From assembly GCA_964016885.1 (NCBI GenBank), contig OZ024757.1, positions 43,866,944 through 43,930,943 of the forward strand: a DNA stretch of 64,000 nt, in the 5' to 3' direction. Positions within the stretch are counted from its first letter, which is position 1, and every line of letters starts with the position of its first letter. The translations under genes and the position numbers were made by a program. This DNA comes from Eledone cirrhosa. Lineage: Eukaryota. The notes beneath the pieces are model-generated. The model was not told the origin of the DNA, searched no databases, and saw only the letters and a list, made by a program, of their open reading frames with translations. Shown piece after piece: positions 9,860 through 21,100 of this stretch.

Positions 9860-11030
9860 TGAGATGTAAATATCACATACTTAAGAGAGATAGATGTTAG
9901 AACTCGAAAACTTGTCAGTGTTACTGGGAACTTTGGTGATGTGGATAGGCTGTACTTGTCATGCAAGGAAGGTGGCCGGGGTCTAAAATCCATATTAACA
10001 TCATATGACACCCGGATAGTAACACTGAAGCAACATCTTCAACAGAGGAAAAGTTTTATGGCCCAGGTTTATGAGCATGAAAAAAAAATATCATTAGGAT
10101 AGCCACTGATCTGGAGGAGAGATATGGAATAAAGCCTGATATAAATCTCTCACCCAGAGAAATCGGAAGATCCTATTCACTGTTCAAAGAAGATGAAAAA
10201 ATTGACCAATTTACAGAAAAAGTTGTGCACGTATACTTGAGACGTAAAACACAGACCATAGAGGTGATAAACCACTCAAAAAGCCTGGCATGGAGTTCCG
10301 ACAAGTTTATGACATGACACCTTGAGGGATATCTCTATGCAATACAGGAACAAGAACTCCCTACCAAATATCTGCTGCACAAAAGAGGAGGGCCATCAGC
10401 TGACAATAAATGTAGGCTTATGTAAAACAAAGATTGAAGATGTAAGCGACATTGTTGCCAGCTGCGAAAGAATGTCATCTCGCTACTACCTCCCCATGAG
10501 ACACGATGGGATAGCTAGAACGATCTGGAACGCAAACGAGGAAGAATATATCGAGACAGATTGCACTAAGGAATACTGGTGGAACCTGAAAATAAAAACT
10601 GCCACCAAATTAAAGCACAACCGGCCTGATATTGTTGTTTGGGACCACCCATTGAAAACGTGTTGTGGAGATCAGTTGCCCACTTGATGTAAACGTTGTC
10701 AGAAAAATACAGGAGGAGGACATCTCCGGACCATTGATGAGGAGTTTACAAATCCAGTATCCAAAATACACCTTTAGCTTCATACCCATCATTATTGGAG
10801 CTACGGGTTATATACCAACCCGCTTGGACCAAAGTATGACTGAACTTGGATTTGCTGACAAAGAGCGCAGCTCCCTTCCCTAATTCATAGTCTACAAGTG
10901 GCTGCGATAGTTGGCACCTTCAAAATTTGCAAAACATTCTTGCGATTCAAGGGATGACAATTTCTTTTCTTTTACAACCTTGCCACCAGGAAGGTGACCG
11001 GTCAAAAAATATATTCGAAATTAAGAGAAA
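9860..11030 (+). mobile_element. R4/Dong-like RLE non-LTR retrotransposon 3' fragment
   Basis: VDRLYLSCKEGGRGLKS (~9940-9990), LEGYLYAIQEQEL, CRLCKTKIEDVSDIVASC (CCHC-derived), RHD, NRPDIVVWD..EISCP (restriction-like endonuclease PD..E). Frameshifted; followed by (TG)n. Confidence 0.85.
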
Positions 11031-11039
11031 GAGATCACC

Positions 11040-11055
11040 TACATGTATGTGTGTA

Positions 11056-11104
<49 letters not shown>

Positions 11105-11895
11105 TTGTATATATATATTTATTTATTTATTTCATTATATTTGTTCCACTCCACGTGGTTTATATTTCACCACCACACCGCCATCAAACGACCACACCGC
11201 CATCAAACCACCACACCAACAACACTCGCCACCACCGCCATCATTTGAATTACGTTGTCAAACCCGACATGACAAGAAAATGAAATAGTTTCAAGAGTTT
11301 GACAAAATGAGATGTTTTGATTGGTGAGAAGGATGAAGGCGATGTACTGGCCTGTAGTGTATATGGGGGTGGGTGTGATGGTGAGATGTTGGTGACGGTC
11401 TGTGGATGAGGTGGGCTGGGTGTGGTGGTGGTGGGTTGGTATTTAGTGGGATGGGCTGTGGTGTGAGGTTAGTGGACTGTCTGTAGACGGGTTGGGGTGT
11501 GGTAGTGGCGCCTTTGTCTATGGTAGCGGCGTTTTTGGTGGTGTGGTGGATGTATTGGTGGCGTCAGGTATTTACATAGATACATAGACGCTCTTCGTCT
11601 GACAGATACCTTGTATATACGTATACGTACACACATATATGTATATATGTGCACATATATTGTTGTATAAACACACACAACATAAGACACATACGCACAT
11701 CCTTGCCCACACATATCGGCATACGCTCACACACAGCCATATGTATATGTACACACATGTATGTGCATGCGCGCATGCGGACACGAATATGAAGAGTGGT
11801 GGAGTATCGGTGGGGGTGGCGAACGACAGAGATGGGGGAAGGACTCACACTCATGTATGCAAGATATACACATACACACTCCCACACACGTATAC

Positions 11896-11932
<37 letters not shown>

Positions 11933-12034
11933 TGTACCGACAACACACACATACACGCACATAGTCAGATTTACCCATATACATATATGTAGACGTACAC
12001 ACACATACACATATGCATACACATACACATACAC

Positions 12035-12065
<31 letters not shown>

Positions 12066-12089
12066 TAGACATATGTATATACATGTGTT

Positions 12090-12121
<32 letters not shown>

Positions 12122-12470
12122 GATAAATTTGCGTACACGCACGCACACTTAAAACACACTATTGTTGGTTGGGGAGTGGAGGTATGTTTTGTCGGTGTTG
12201 GTGAAGTATGGAGTTGTTTTGTGGTGGTGGTGGTGGTGGTGGTGGTGGAGTTGTGAGGGACAAAAATATATATACCGGATCGAATACCGGTTAAAAGGTG
12301 AGATAGGGAACGCGGGGGAAAAGCGTTTATGGACGTACGGCGATGTGTGTTGTGGACATGGTGATGGTGGTGGTGGTGGTGGTGCTGGGGTGATATGTTC
12401 GGCAAGATGATTACATGATCAGAGGTTACGGTGTGTTATATGGTAGGCAGACGGGGGGTGGGGGGTATAT
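11040..12470. repeat. Compound microsatellite / low-complexity region: (TG)n, (CA)n, (TA)n, (GGT)n, (CCA)n
   Basis: Seen directly. 11140-11260 is also related to 8450-8590 (ttccacgtggtt.atatttca.cacca). Confidence 0.9.
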
Positions 12471-12658
12471 AATTGTTTCTACTTTAGGCACAAGGCCAGC
12501 AAATAGCCAGTGTATTACTGGTACTTTATTTTATCGACCCCCGTAAGGATGAAAGGCAAAGTCAACCTAGGCGGGATTTGAACTCAGATCGTAAAGGGAC
12601 GTAACTATGCTTGAAAGCATGGCGTCCGACCCTCTACCGATACTGCCAATCCCCCACC
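12471..12658 (-). mobile_element. tRNA-derived SINE
   Basis: Reverse complement of the 18316/29889/34927 family: A box TGGCAGTATCGG, B box GTTCAAATCC, body ttgcctttcatcctt.cgggg.cgataaaataaagtaccag, tail tgtgcc.aaagtagaaacaatt. Confidence 0.9.
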
Positions 12659-12935
12659 GTGGAGGGTATATAATACAGTCGATTTGGGATCGAGGGATAT
12701 GTGTTGATGATGATTGTGGTTGTGTGTGCGTGCGACAGTACAGTTACAGGATCGAATTTAACGTGGGGTTGCAAGTTAGGGTAGATAGAGGGAACATGGG
12801 GGGATGAGGATGTAGGCGTGTATGGTATGCACATGACGATGTGTGGTGTGGTGGTGGAGATGGTGTGATATGATCGACATTGTATTTACAAGGTCTCTTG
12901 TCATTGTGGATTGCAAGGTAGAACGTATCATATGG

Positions 12936-13705
12936 TATATATATATATATATAAAACTAAGGATGTCTGTATGAGTTTGAATCCCTAAACCTCGAGAAGC
13001 ACCCAACCGACTGTTTTCAAACTTTACACCCGCGCCCTTATAATATGTCTGTATGTCTAGCTGTCTGCATCGCACTCGGCGCGTCAATGTATGCCTGTTA
13101 AATGGGCCGCAAACGCATTGATTCATTGTAAAGGCTACCAGTGGAAGCAACCGTAACACCCTCCAAATGTGAGAGAACGCAGTGAAAGTCACTATTAAGA
13201 GAACGTTCACATGGCCCTTTTTATGGCCACCACTTGAAATTGTTGATTGTTACCCGTAGTTACTGGAGTGTCAGTGAACGGCTTACAAATCCATTATAAG
13301 GGCCCTTGAAATAACTGATGGCGACCCTTTGGTTTGGGGCGGCGAGTGAACACGCACACGCCTCAAGGCCCATTTTATTGCACCACTCCTCTGTAAAATT
13401 GTTAAATTATACCTACTGTTTGGTAAACGTTTGTGAAGGTGCGGTGGACTGGTTCTAGAAGGCTCCATATGCTGTCCGATTGCACGTCATGCCTTGCTCA
13501 AGCATTGCAGACTTCCCTCTGACTCCTGTCACTTTATTAAAGTACAAAAGCACTCAGCCGATTTTCTTCACGTGGAAGGAAAAGCATACCTAATACTAAT
13601 TGCATCAGAGCATTCGGTTTATTTTCTTTACATGTCCAGGCATGCAGTTTTTCCACGATTAGGTCAAAATAACTTATCCCGTGCAACGCCGGGTACCACT
13701 GCTAG
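12936..13705 (+). mobile_element. Non-autonomous Helitron
   Basis: 5' (TA)nAAAACT..gatgtc..ctcgagaa.cacccaac.gactgttttcaaactttacac shared with the 45294 element. 3' hairpin CCCG-TGCAACGC-CGGG, then CTAG (13702-13705) followed by T. Confidence 0.85.
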
Positions 13706-14096
13706 TATTATATATATATATATATGTATATTGTTTTACTCTTTTACTTGTCCCAGCCATTTTGCTGAGGTCATGCTGGGGTACCGCCTTTAATATATTT
13801 TTCTATATATCTACACACACACACACACACATATATATATATCAATAAAAACGTATCCATGAAAGGCAAATCTTATCGGTTGGAAAACAAAATAAACTTT
13901 TGTATTTTATTTGATGAAAGTGCACCAAGCTTGTCTTGGTTGGCCTTGAAATATATATAATAAAATAAATATGGTTTTATAAATAGTTTCCATTTATTTA
14001 ATATCACGAAATATTTACTCCAGTAAATTGTTGAGTGCTCTAAATCAGTTATAAACATTTGTTTGTCGGACTTCCAACAAATTAAATACAACTTCT

Positions 14097-14150
<54 letters not shown>

Positions 14151-14165
14151 CGGAGTTGTGTTAAG

Positions 14166-14231
14166 GAACCAGATGGACCATAATGCACCAGAGATAGCCG
14201 TCGAAACGGCTTGAGCTCTGCCGTCGGGGTC
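14166..14231 (+). other. Degenerate hammerhead-like motif
   Basis: The 3' half is intact: GUC-GAAA, stem III ACGGC/GCCGU, GUC triplet (C=14225). The 5' core reads CAGAUG-GAC (mutated) and stem I is poor. Confidence 0.4.
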
Positions 14232-14240
14232 ATACATCTT

Positions 14241-14277
<37 letters not shown>

Positions 14278-14442
14278 CACGTTGTTCTGATAAAACTATT
14301 AAATTTCTTCATAGAATAATAAATTTTGTTTTATTATTTGTTGCTATTGTTCTGTTGTTGTTGTTGTTGTTGTTACACACACACTCACAGACTTTGCTCA
14401 TCTTTTGGCGGCAAAAAATAGCGGCAAAACAACATACATAGA

Positions 14443-14485
<43 letters not shown>

Positions 14486-15024
14486 GTGAGTATGTGTGAG
14501 TTACCCGCCACTTTCTTTTCCTTATAAATACAAGCCCCGTTTTTCATATCTTTCATTTCAGCCACAGATTTGAAAGATGACTTCAGGTTATTCTCATGGT
14601 ATGCTTTAAGCCCTTTTTAGGGCTGCTCAGAGATACGCCGAAAACACAGCGTCCATGTTCACTCCTGGGACTGAGAAGAAAAGTCCCACAGGTCAGTCAG
14701 ATTTATATTTAATTTATTTAAAAAAAAAAAATAATTTCAATTTAATTTATATTTCTTAAAAAAAAAAAGAATTCAATTTAACTTATTTCTTTAAAAAAAA
14801 AGTTCAATTTCATTTAAAAAAAATTCAATTCAATTAATTTCTTTAAAAAAAAAAAGCTTTTATAGTTATGTTTTTGTATTTTAATCGGGGTAACATTTTC
14901 GATTTAATTAATTTCATCATATTGTTGTATATATACACACACACACATATATATACAATTGTTATATATATATATATATAAGGTTGCAGTTATTCGAATA
15001 CCTTGGAGTATTCGTTTTTATTTC

Positions 15025-15115
15025 TATGCTCTCTGAAATCCTGCCAAGGTCAACTTTGCCTTTCTTCCTTCCGTTTGGAAGTGGATAAAAAAAAGTACCA
15101 GTGAAATGCTGGGGT
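15025..15115 (+). mobile_element. SINE fragment, same family as 18316
   Basis: aaatcctgccaaggtcaactttgcctttcttccttc..gataaaaaaaagtaccagtgaaatgctgggg. Confidence 0.7.
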
Positions 15116-15714
15116 GAATTCTTCCTATCTATAGTTTTCTCGCAATTATCTTTTTCTGAATAAAAGTACCAGTCAAATACTGGGTTCCTCTCTTCTCTGC
15201 TTTTTCTCTGTCTATCTTTCTGGAAGAATTTTCTATTTTTAGAACTGGAGGAGTTGGTATTTGCTAGTGATTAAGGGAGAAAATGAAAGATATATATGTA
15301 TATATATGTATATGTGTGTTGATGAGATTATGTAGAGGGGGGAAAAATCTGGAAAAATCTGTTGAATTCACATGGTTGGTATTGTCTCTGTTCTCTGTTT
15401 TCAAAAGACTTATAAAAGCTGACTCAGTATTGTTTATCCAATAAAGTAGCAGTAATACGTTATAGTTAGATTAACGTTAATTTTGTTCACTTGTAATTTA
15501 GAGAATATAAAATATAAAATGCACCATTAGAATATATAACTTATTTTTATTCCAGATTCTCCTAAAAATTTGTCCCTGTTCAATTCCTTCTCTGCCACAA
15601 ACCTCTCATTTTTGGATAGAATTTTTTTATTTATTTTTTTACGTTAGGTTAAACCAGCCAACCAATTTTTTTAAATATGTGTATATATATATATATATAT
15701 AGTAGCTTATGAAA

Positions 15715-15833
15715 CGTGTGTGTATATATATATTTATTTATATGTATATATATATATATATATATATTTATAATTTATAATTTATATATATATAATTTAT
15801 ATATATATATAATTTATATATATATATATAATT

Positions 15834-15871
<38 letters not shown>

Positions 15872-15899
15872 TATATATATATTTATATATATATATATT

Positions 15900-15936
<37 letters not shown>

Positions 15937-16090
15937 ATTTATATATATGTGTGTGTATGTATGTCTGTATGTACGTGTGTGTACATGAATATATATTTAT
16001 ATATTTTTATATATATGTGTGTGTTTTTATGTGTGTATATGTGTTTGTGTGTGTGTTTATGGTTGCGCGTAAGTGTGTGAGTGAGTATGT
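15715..16090. repeat. (TA)n/TTTA and (TG)n low-complexity tract
   Basis: Seen directly. Confidence 0.9.
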
Positions 16091-16556
16091 GTTTTTTTGT
16101 TTTTTTGTGAATGTGTCTGTTGATTTTTGGCATATAGTTGATTAGTTTAAGAGAAGTTCGAAGATAATAGTAAGATATGCACTCAGTATTTTGAATCTGT
16201 CTGCAGAATTCTCTAGACCTTTGTCACTTAGAACCTTAATGACTTTAGCTTTTAAAGAATCTCCCCTTTTCTTTAATTCTATCGACTATGACTGACCCCC
16301 CACTGATTTTATAGACATCTGTTAGCTTAAGAGAAACTTATTGACAAGGAATGGTAGGCCATCCGGAACATGTTTATAGAATTCTGTCTGCCCTTGTTAC
16401 TCTAAAAACATAATAAATAAAAATAAAAATAGCTTTGTAGAATTAGCTTTTAATGAATTCCCTTTTCTATCAACCAACGACCTGCACCCATCCCACTCCC
16501 CACCCTCTCCTACCACTTGTAGAGACCTATAAATACCATATTTATTTTTTGATACC

Positions 16557-16600
16557 CAGATTCCTGATGATTTCAAATGAATGAAACAGTTCTAGTCCTG
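16557..16600 (+). ncRNA. Minimal hammerhead motif (Penelope-like type), weak stem I
   Basis: CUGAUGA (16564-16570)-U-UUC(AAAU)GAA-U-GAAA-CAGU-UC (C=16592). Stem I GAUUC/UAGUC is only partly paired. Confidence 0.6.
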
Positions 16601-16687
16601 TAGAATCTCATCTATATTAAAACTTATACTCTGCTATGTATTGAGTACCTTACTTACTGTGGTTACCTCCGATTCAACCCGGAATAA

Positions 16688-17316
<629 letters not shown>

Positions 17317-17372
17317 AGAAAAGGTGAATATAAAATGAAAGTGTTTTTTTTTTAAAAAAAGGAATTTATTAG

Positions 17373-17488
17373 GTATCGACATGTTTCTGTAACAGACGAA
17401 ATACCTATGTATCGCTGCTTGCGTAATCATATAATGTTAGCAAGTATTCGATAGCAAATGTATAATCAGTTGTCACTTCAGAGATTTT
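17373..17488 (-). other. Hammerhead-like motif with a ~90-nt hairpin in place of stem II
   Basis: Minus strand: CUGAA-GUGACA ... UGUUAC-A-GAAACAUGUC (palindromic ACAUGU, GUC), then AAUAAA. Inner helices UAUCG/CGAUA, CUUGC/GCAAG, UAA/UUA, CAU/AUG. Core A9 is absent. Confidence 0.45.
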
Positions 17489-17922
17489 GGATAAATTTGA
17501 AAAAATCAGAAAAATTGAAGTATTTATATTAGTTGTAATAGAGGAAGAGAAGTATATGACAGATGGTAATTCAATTTACTGCTAAACAAGTATATAAATG
17601 GTTTTTAATGAGAATACATGAGTAAATGGTTTATTTTATCTAAATAAGAATTTTTGGGAGTGCCTATTTTAATCTATACTTGACCAATTGAACAATGGAC
17701 AGGGCTGGTTATTTGGTGTAGTAGTATTAATTATAAAGTGTCGATTAAGGAAGGGGGAGATTTCGACTGCTACTGAATAACTTCCAATGCTAGTAGTCAG
17801 CTGGTATATGCATTAGGGAATTGAATTAAGAAATCTCATTTTATCTATAACAGTTTATATTAAATGATAACCTGAAATTTTTATATTTATATTTATATAT
17901 ATATATATTTATTTATTTATAT

Positions 17923-18069
17923 ATATATATTAAAATAACCGATTAAAGTTTAAGCAAAGAATCGCTGCTTTCACCCTTAACGGGATCTTCTGAAATTCAT
18001 TTAAGATCCCGTTAAGGTTGAAAGCAGCGATTCTTTGCTTAAACTTTAATCGGTTATTTTAATATATAT
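17923..18069. repeat. Near-perfect palindrome: 67-bp arms, 1 mismatch, 13-nt spacer
   Basis: 17923-17989 is the reverse complement of 18003-18069. Confidence 0.95.
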
Positions 18070-18159
18070 TTGCTGTACGGTTCTTATATATTTGATATAT
18101 ATTTATCCATATCGAGCCCTTTTTTAATTTTAGTTTTCAAATTTATTATTATTACTATA

Positions 18160-21100
18160 TATTATGTGTGTGTGTATATTATGTGTGTATGTATTCTGTG
18201 TGTATTATGTGTCTGTATTAGGTGTCTGTATTTGTGCGTATTATCTGTGTGTATTTGTGTATTATCTGTATTATATGTGTGTATTATATGTGTATATGTG
18301 TGTATTATGTGTGTTGGTGGATTGGCAGTATCGGTAGAGGGTCGGACGCCATGCTTTGACGCATAGAGTTACGGCCCTTGCTATTCTGGGTTCAAATCCC
18401 GCCGAGGTTAACTTTGCCTTTCATCCTTACGGGGTTGATAAAATAAAGGACCAGTAATGCACTGGGATAATTGCTGGCCTTGTGCCAAAAGTAGAAACAA
18501 TTGTGTGTATTATATGTGTGTATTATGTGTGTATTATATGTGTGTATTATCTGTGTATTATATGTGTATATGTGTGTATTATCTGTGTGTATTATCTGTG
18601 CGTATTATCTGTATTATATGTGTGTATTATGTGTGTATTATGTGTGTATTATCTGTGTATTATCTGTGTATTATATGTGTGTATCTGTGTGTATTATCTG
18701 TGCGTATTATCTGTGCGTATTATCTGTGCGTATTATCTGTATTATATGTGTATTATGTGTGTATTATCTGTGTATTATGTGTGTATTATCTGTGTGTATA
18801 TGTGTGTATTATCTGTATTATATGTGTGTATTATCTGTATTATATGTGTGTATTATGTGTGTATTATATGTGTGTATTATCTGTATTATGTGTGTATTAT
18901 CTGTGTATTATATGTGTGTATATGTGTGTATTATCTGTGTATTATCTGTGCGTATTATCTGTATTATATGTGTATTATGTGTGTATTATGTGTGTATTAT
19001 CTGTGTATTATCTGTGTATTATCTGTGTATTATCTGTGTATTATATGTGTGTATATGTGTGTATTATATGTGTGTATTATCTGTGCGTATTATCTGTATT
19101 ATATGTGTGTATTATCTGTATTATTATATGTGTGTATTATATGTGTGTATTATCTGTGTATTATGTGTGTATTATCTGTGTATTATATGTGTGTATATGT
19201 GTGTATTATCTGTGTATTATCTGTGCGTATTATCTGTGCGTATTATCTGTATTATATGTGTGTATTATGTGTGTATTATGTGTGTATTATCTGTGTATTA
19301 TGTGTGTATTATCTGTGTATTATATGTGTGTATATGTGTGTATTATCTGTGCGTATTATCTGTATTATATGTGTGTATTATCTGTATTATATGTGTGTAT
19401 TATATGTGTGTATTATCTGTGTATTATGTGTGTATTATCTGTGTATTATATGTGTGTATATGTGTGTATTATATGTGTGTATTATCTGTGCGTATTATCT
19501 GTATTATATGTGTGTATTATCTGTATTATCTGTGTGTATTATGTGTGTATTATATGTGTGTATTATCTGTGTATTATGTGTGTATTATCTGTATTATATG
19601 TGTGTATATGTGTGTATTATCTGTGCGTATTATCTGTATTATATGTGTGTATTATGTGTGTATTATGTGTGTATTATCTGTGTATTATGTGTGTATTATC
19701 TGTGTATTATATGTGTGTATATGTGTGTATTATCTGCGTATTATCTGTATTATATGTGTGTATTATGTGTGTATTATATGTGTGTATTATCTGTGTATTA
19801 TGTGTGTATTATCTGTGTATTATATGTGTGTATTATCTGTGCGTATTATCTGTATTATATGTGTGTATTATCTGTATTATATGTGTGTATTATATGTGTA
19901 TTATGTGTGTATTATCTGTGTATTATATGTGTGTATATGTGTGTATTATATGTGTGTATTATCTGTGCGTATTATCTGTATTATATGTGTGTATTATCTG
20001 TATTATATGTGTGTATTATGTGTGTATTATATGTGTGTATTATCTGTGTATTATGTGTGTATTATGTGTATTATATGTGTGTATATGTGTGTATTATATG
20101 TGTGTATTATCTGTGTATTATGTGTGTATTATCTGTCTATTATATGTGTGTATTATATGTGTGTATTATCTGTGCGTATTATCTGTATTATATGTGTGTA
20201 TTATCTGTATTATATGTGTGTATTATGTGTGTATTATATGTGTGTATTATCTGTGTATTATGTGTGTATTATCTGTGTATTATATGTGTGTATATGTGTG
20301 TATTATCTGCGTATTATCTGTATTATATGTGTGTATTATGTGTGTATTATATGTGTGTATTATCTGTGTATTATGTGTGTATTATCTGTGTATTATATGT
20401 GTGTATTATCTGTGCGTATTATCTGTATTATATGTGTGTATTATCTGTATTATATGTGTGTATTATGTGTGTATTATATGTGTGTATTATCTGTGTATTA
20501 TGTGTGTATTATCTGTGTATTATATGTGTATATGTGTGTATTATCTGTGCGTATTATCTGTATTATATGTGTGTATTATGTGTGTATTATGTGTGTATTA
20601 TGTGTGTATTATCTGTGTATTATGTGTGTATTATCTGTGTATTATCTGTATTATATGTGTGTATTATGTGTGTATTATCTGCGTATTATCTGTATTATAT
20701 GTGTGTATTATGTGTGTATTATCTGTCTATTATATGTGTGTATATGTGTGTATTATATGTGTGTATTATCTGTGCGTATTATCTGTATTATATGTGTGTA
20801 TTATGTGTGTATTATATGTGTGTATTATCTGTGTATTATGTGTGTATTATCTGTGTATTATATGTGTGTATATGTGTGTATTATCTGTGCGTATTATCTG
20901 TATTATATGTGTGTATTATGTGTGTATTATGTGTGTATTATCTGTGTATTATGTGTGTATTATCTGTGTATTATATGTGTGTATATGTGTGTATTATATG
21001 TGTGTATTATCTGTGCGTATTATCTGTATTATATGTGTGTATTATCTGTATTATATGTGTGTATTATGTGTGTATTATATGTGTGTATTATCTGTGTATT

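Noticed and set aside
18316-18410. tRNA-like A/B boxes (also 12471, 29889, 34927)
   Set aside because: These are SINE heads, not tRNA genes: no cloverleaf, and they carry the SINE body and TSDs.
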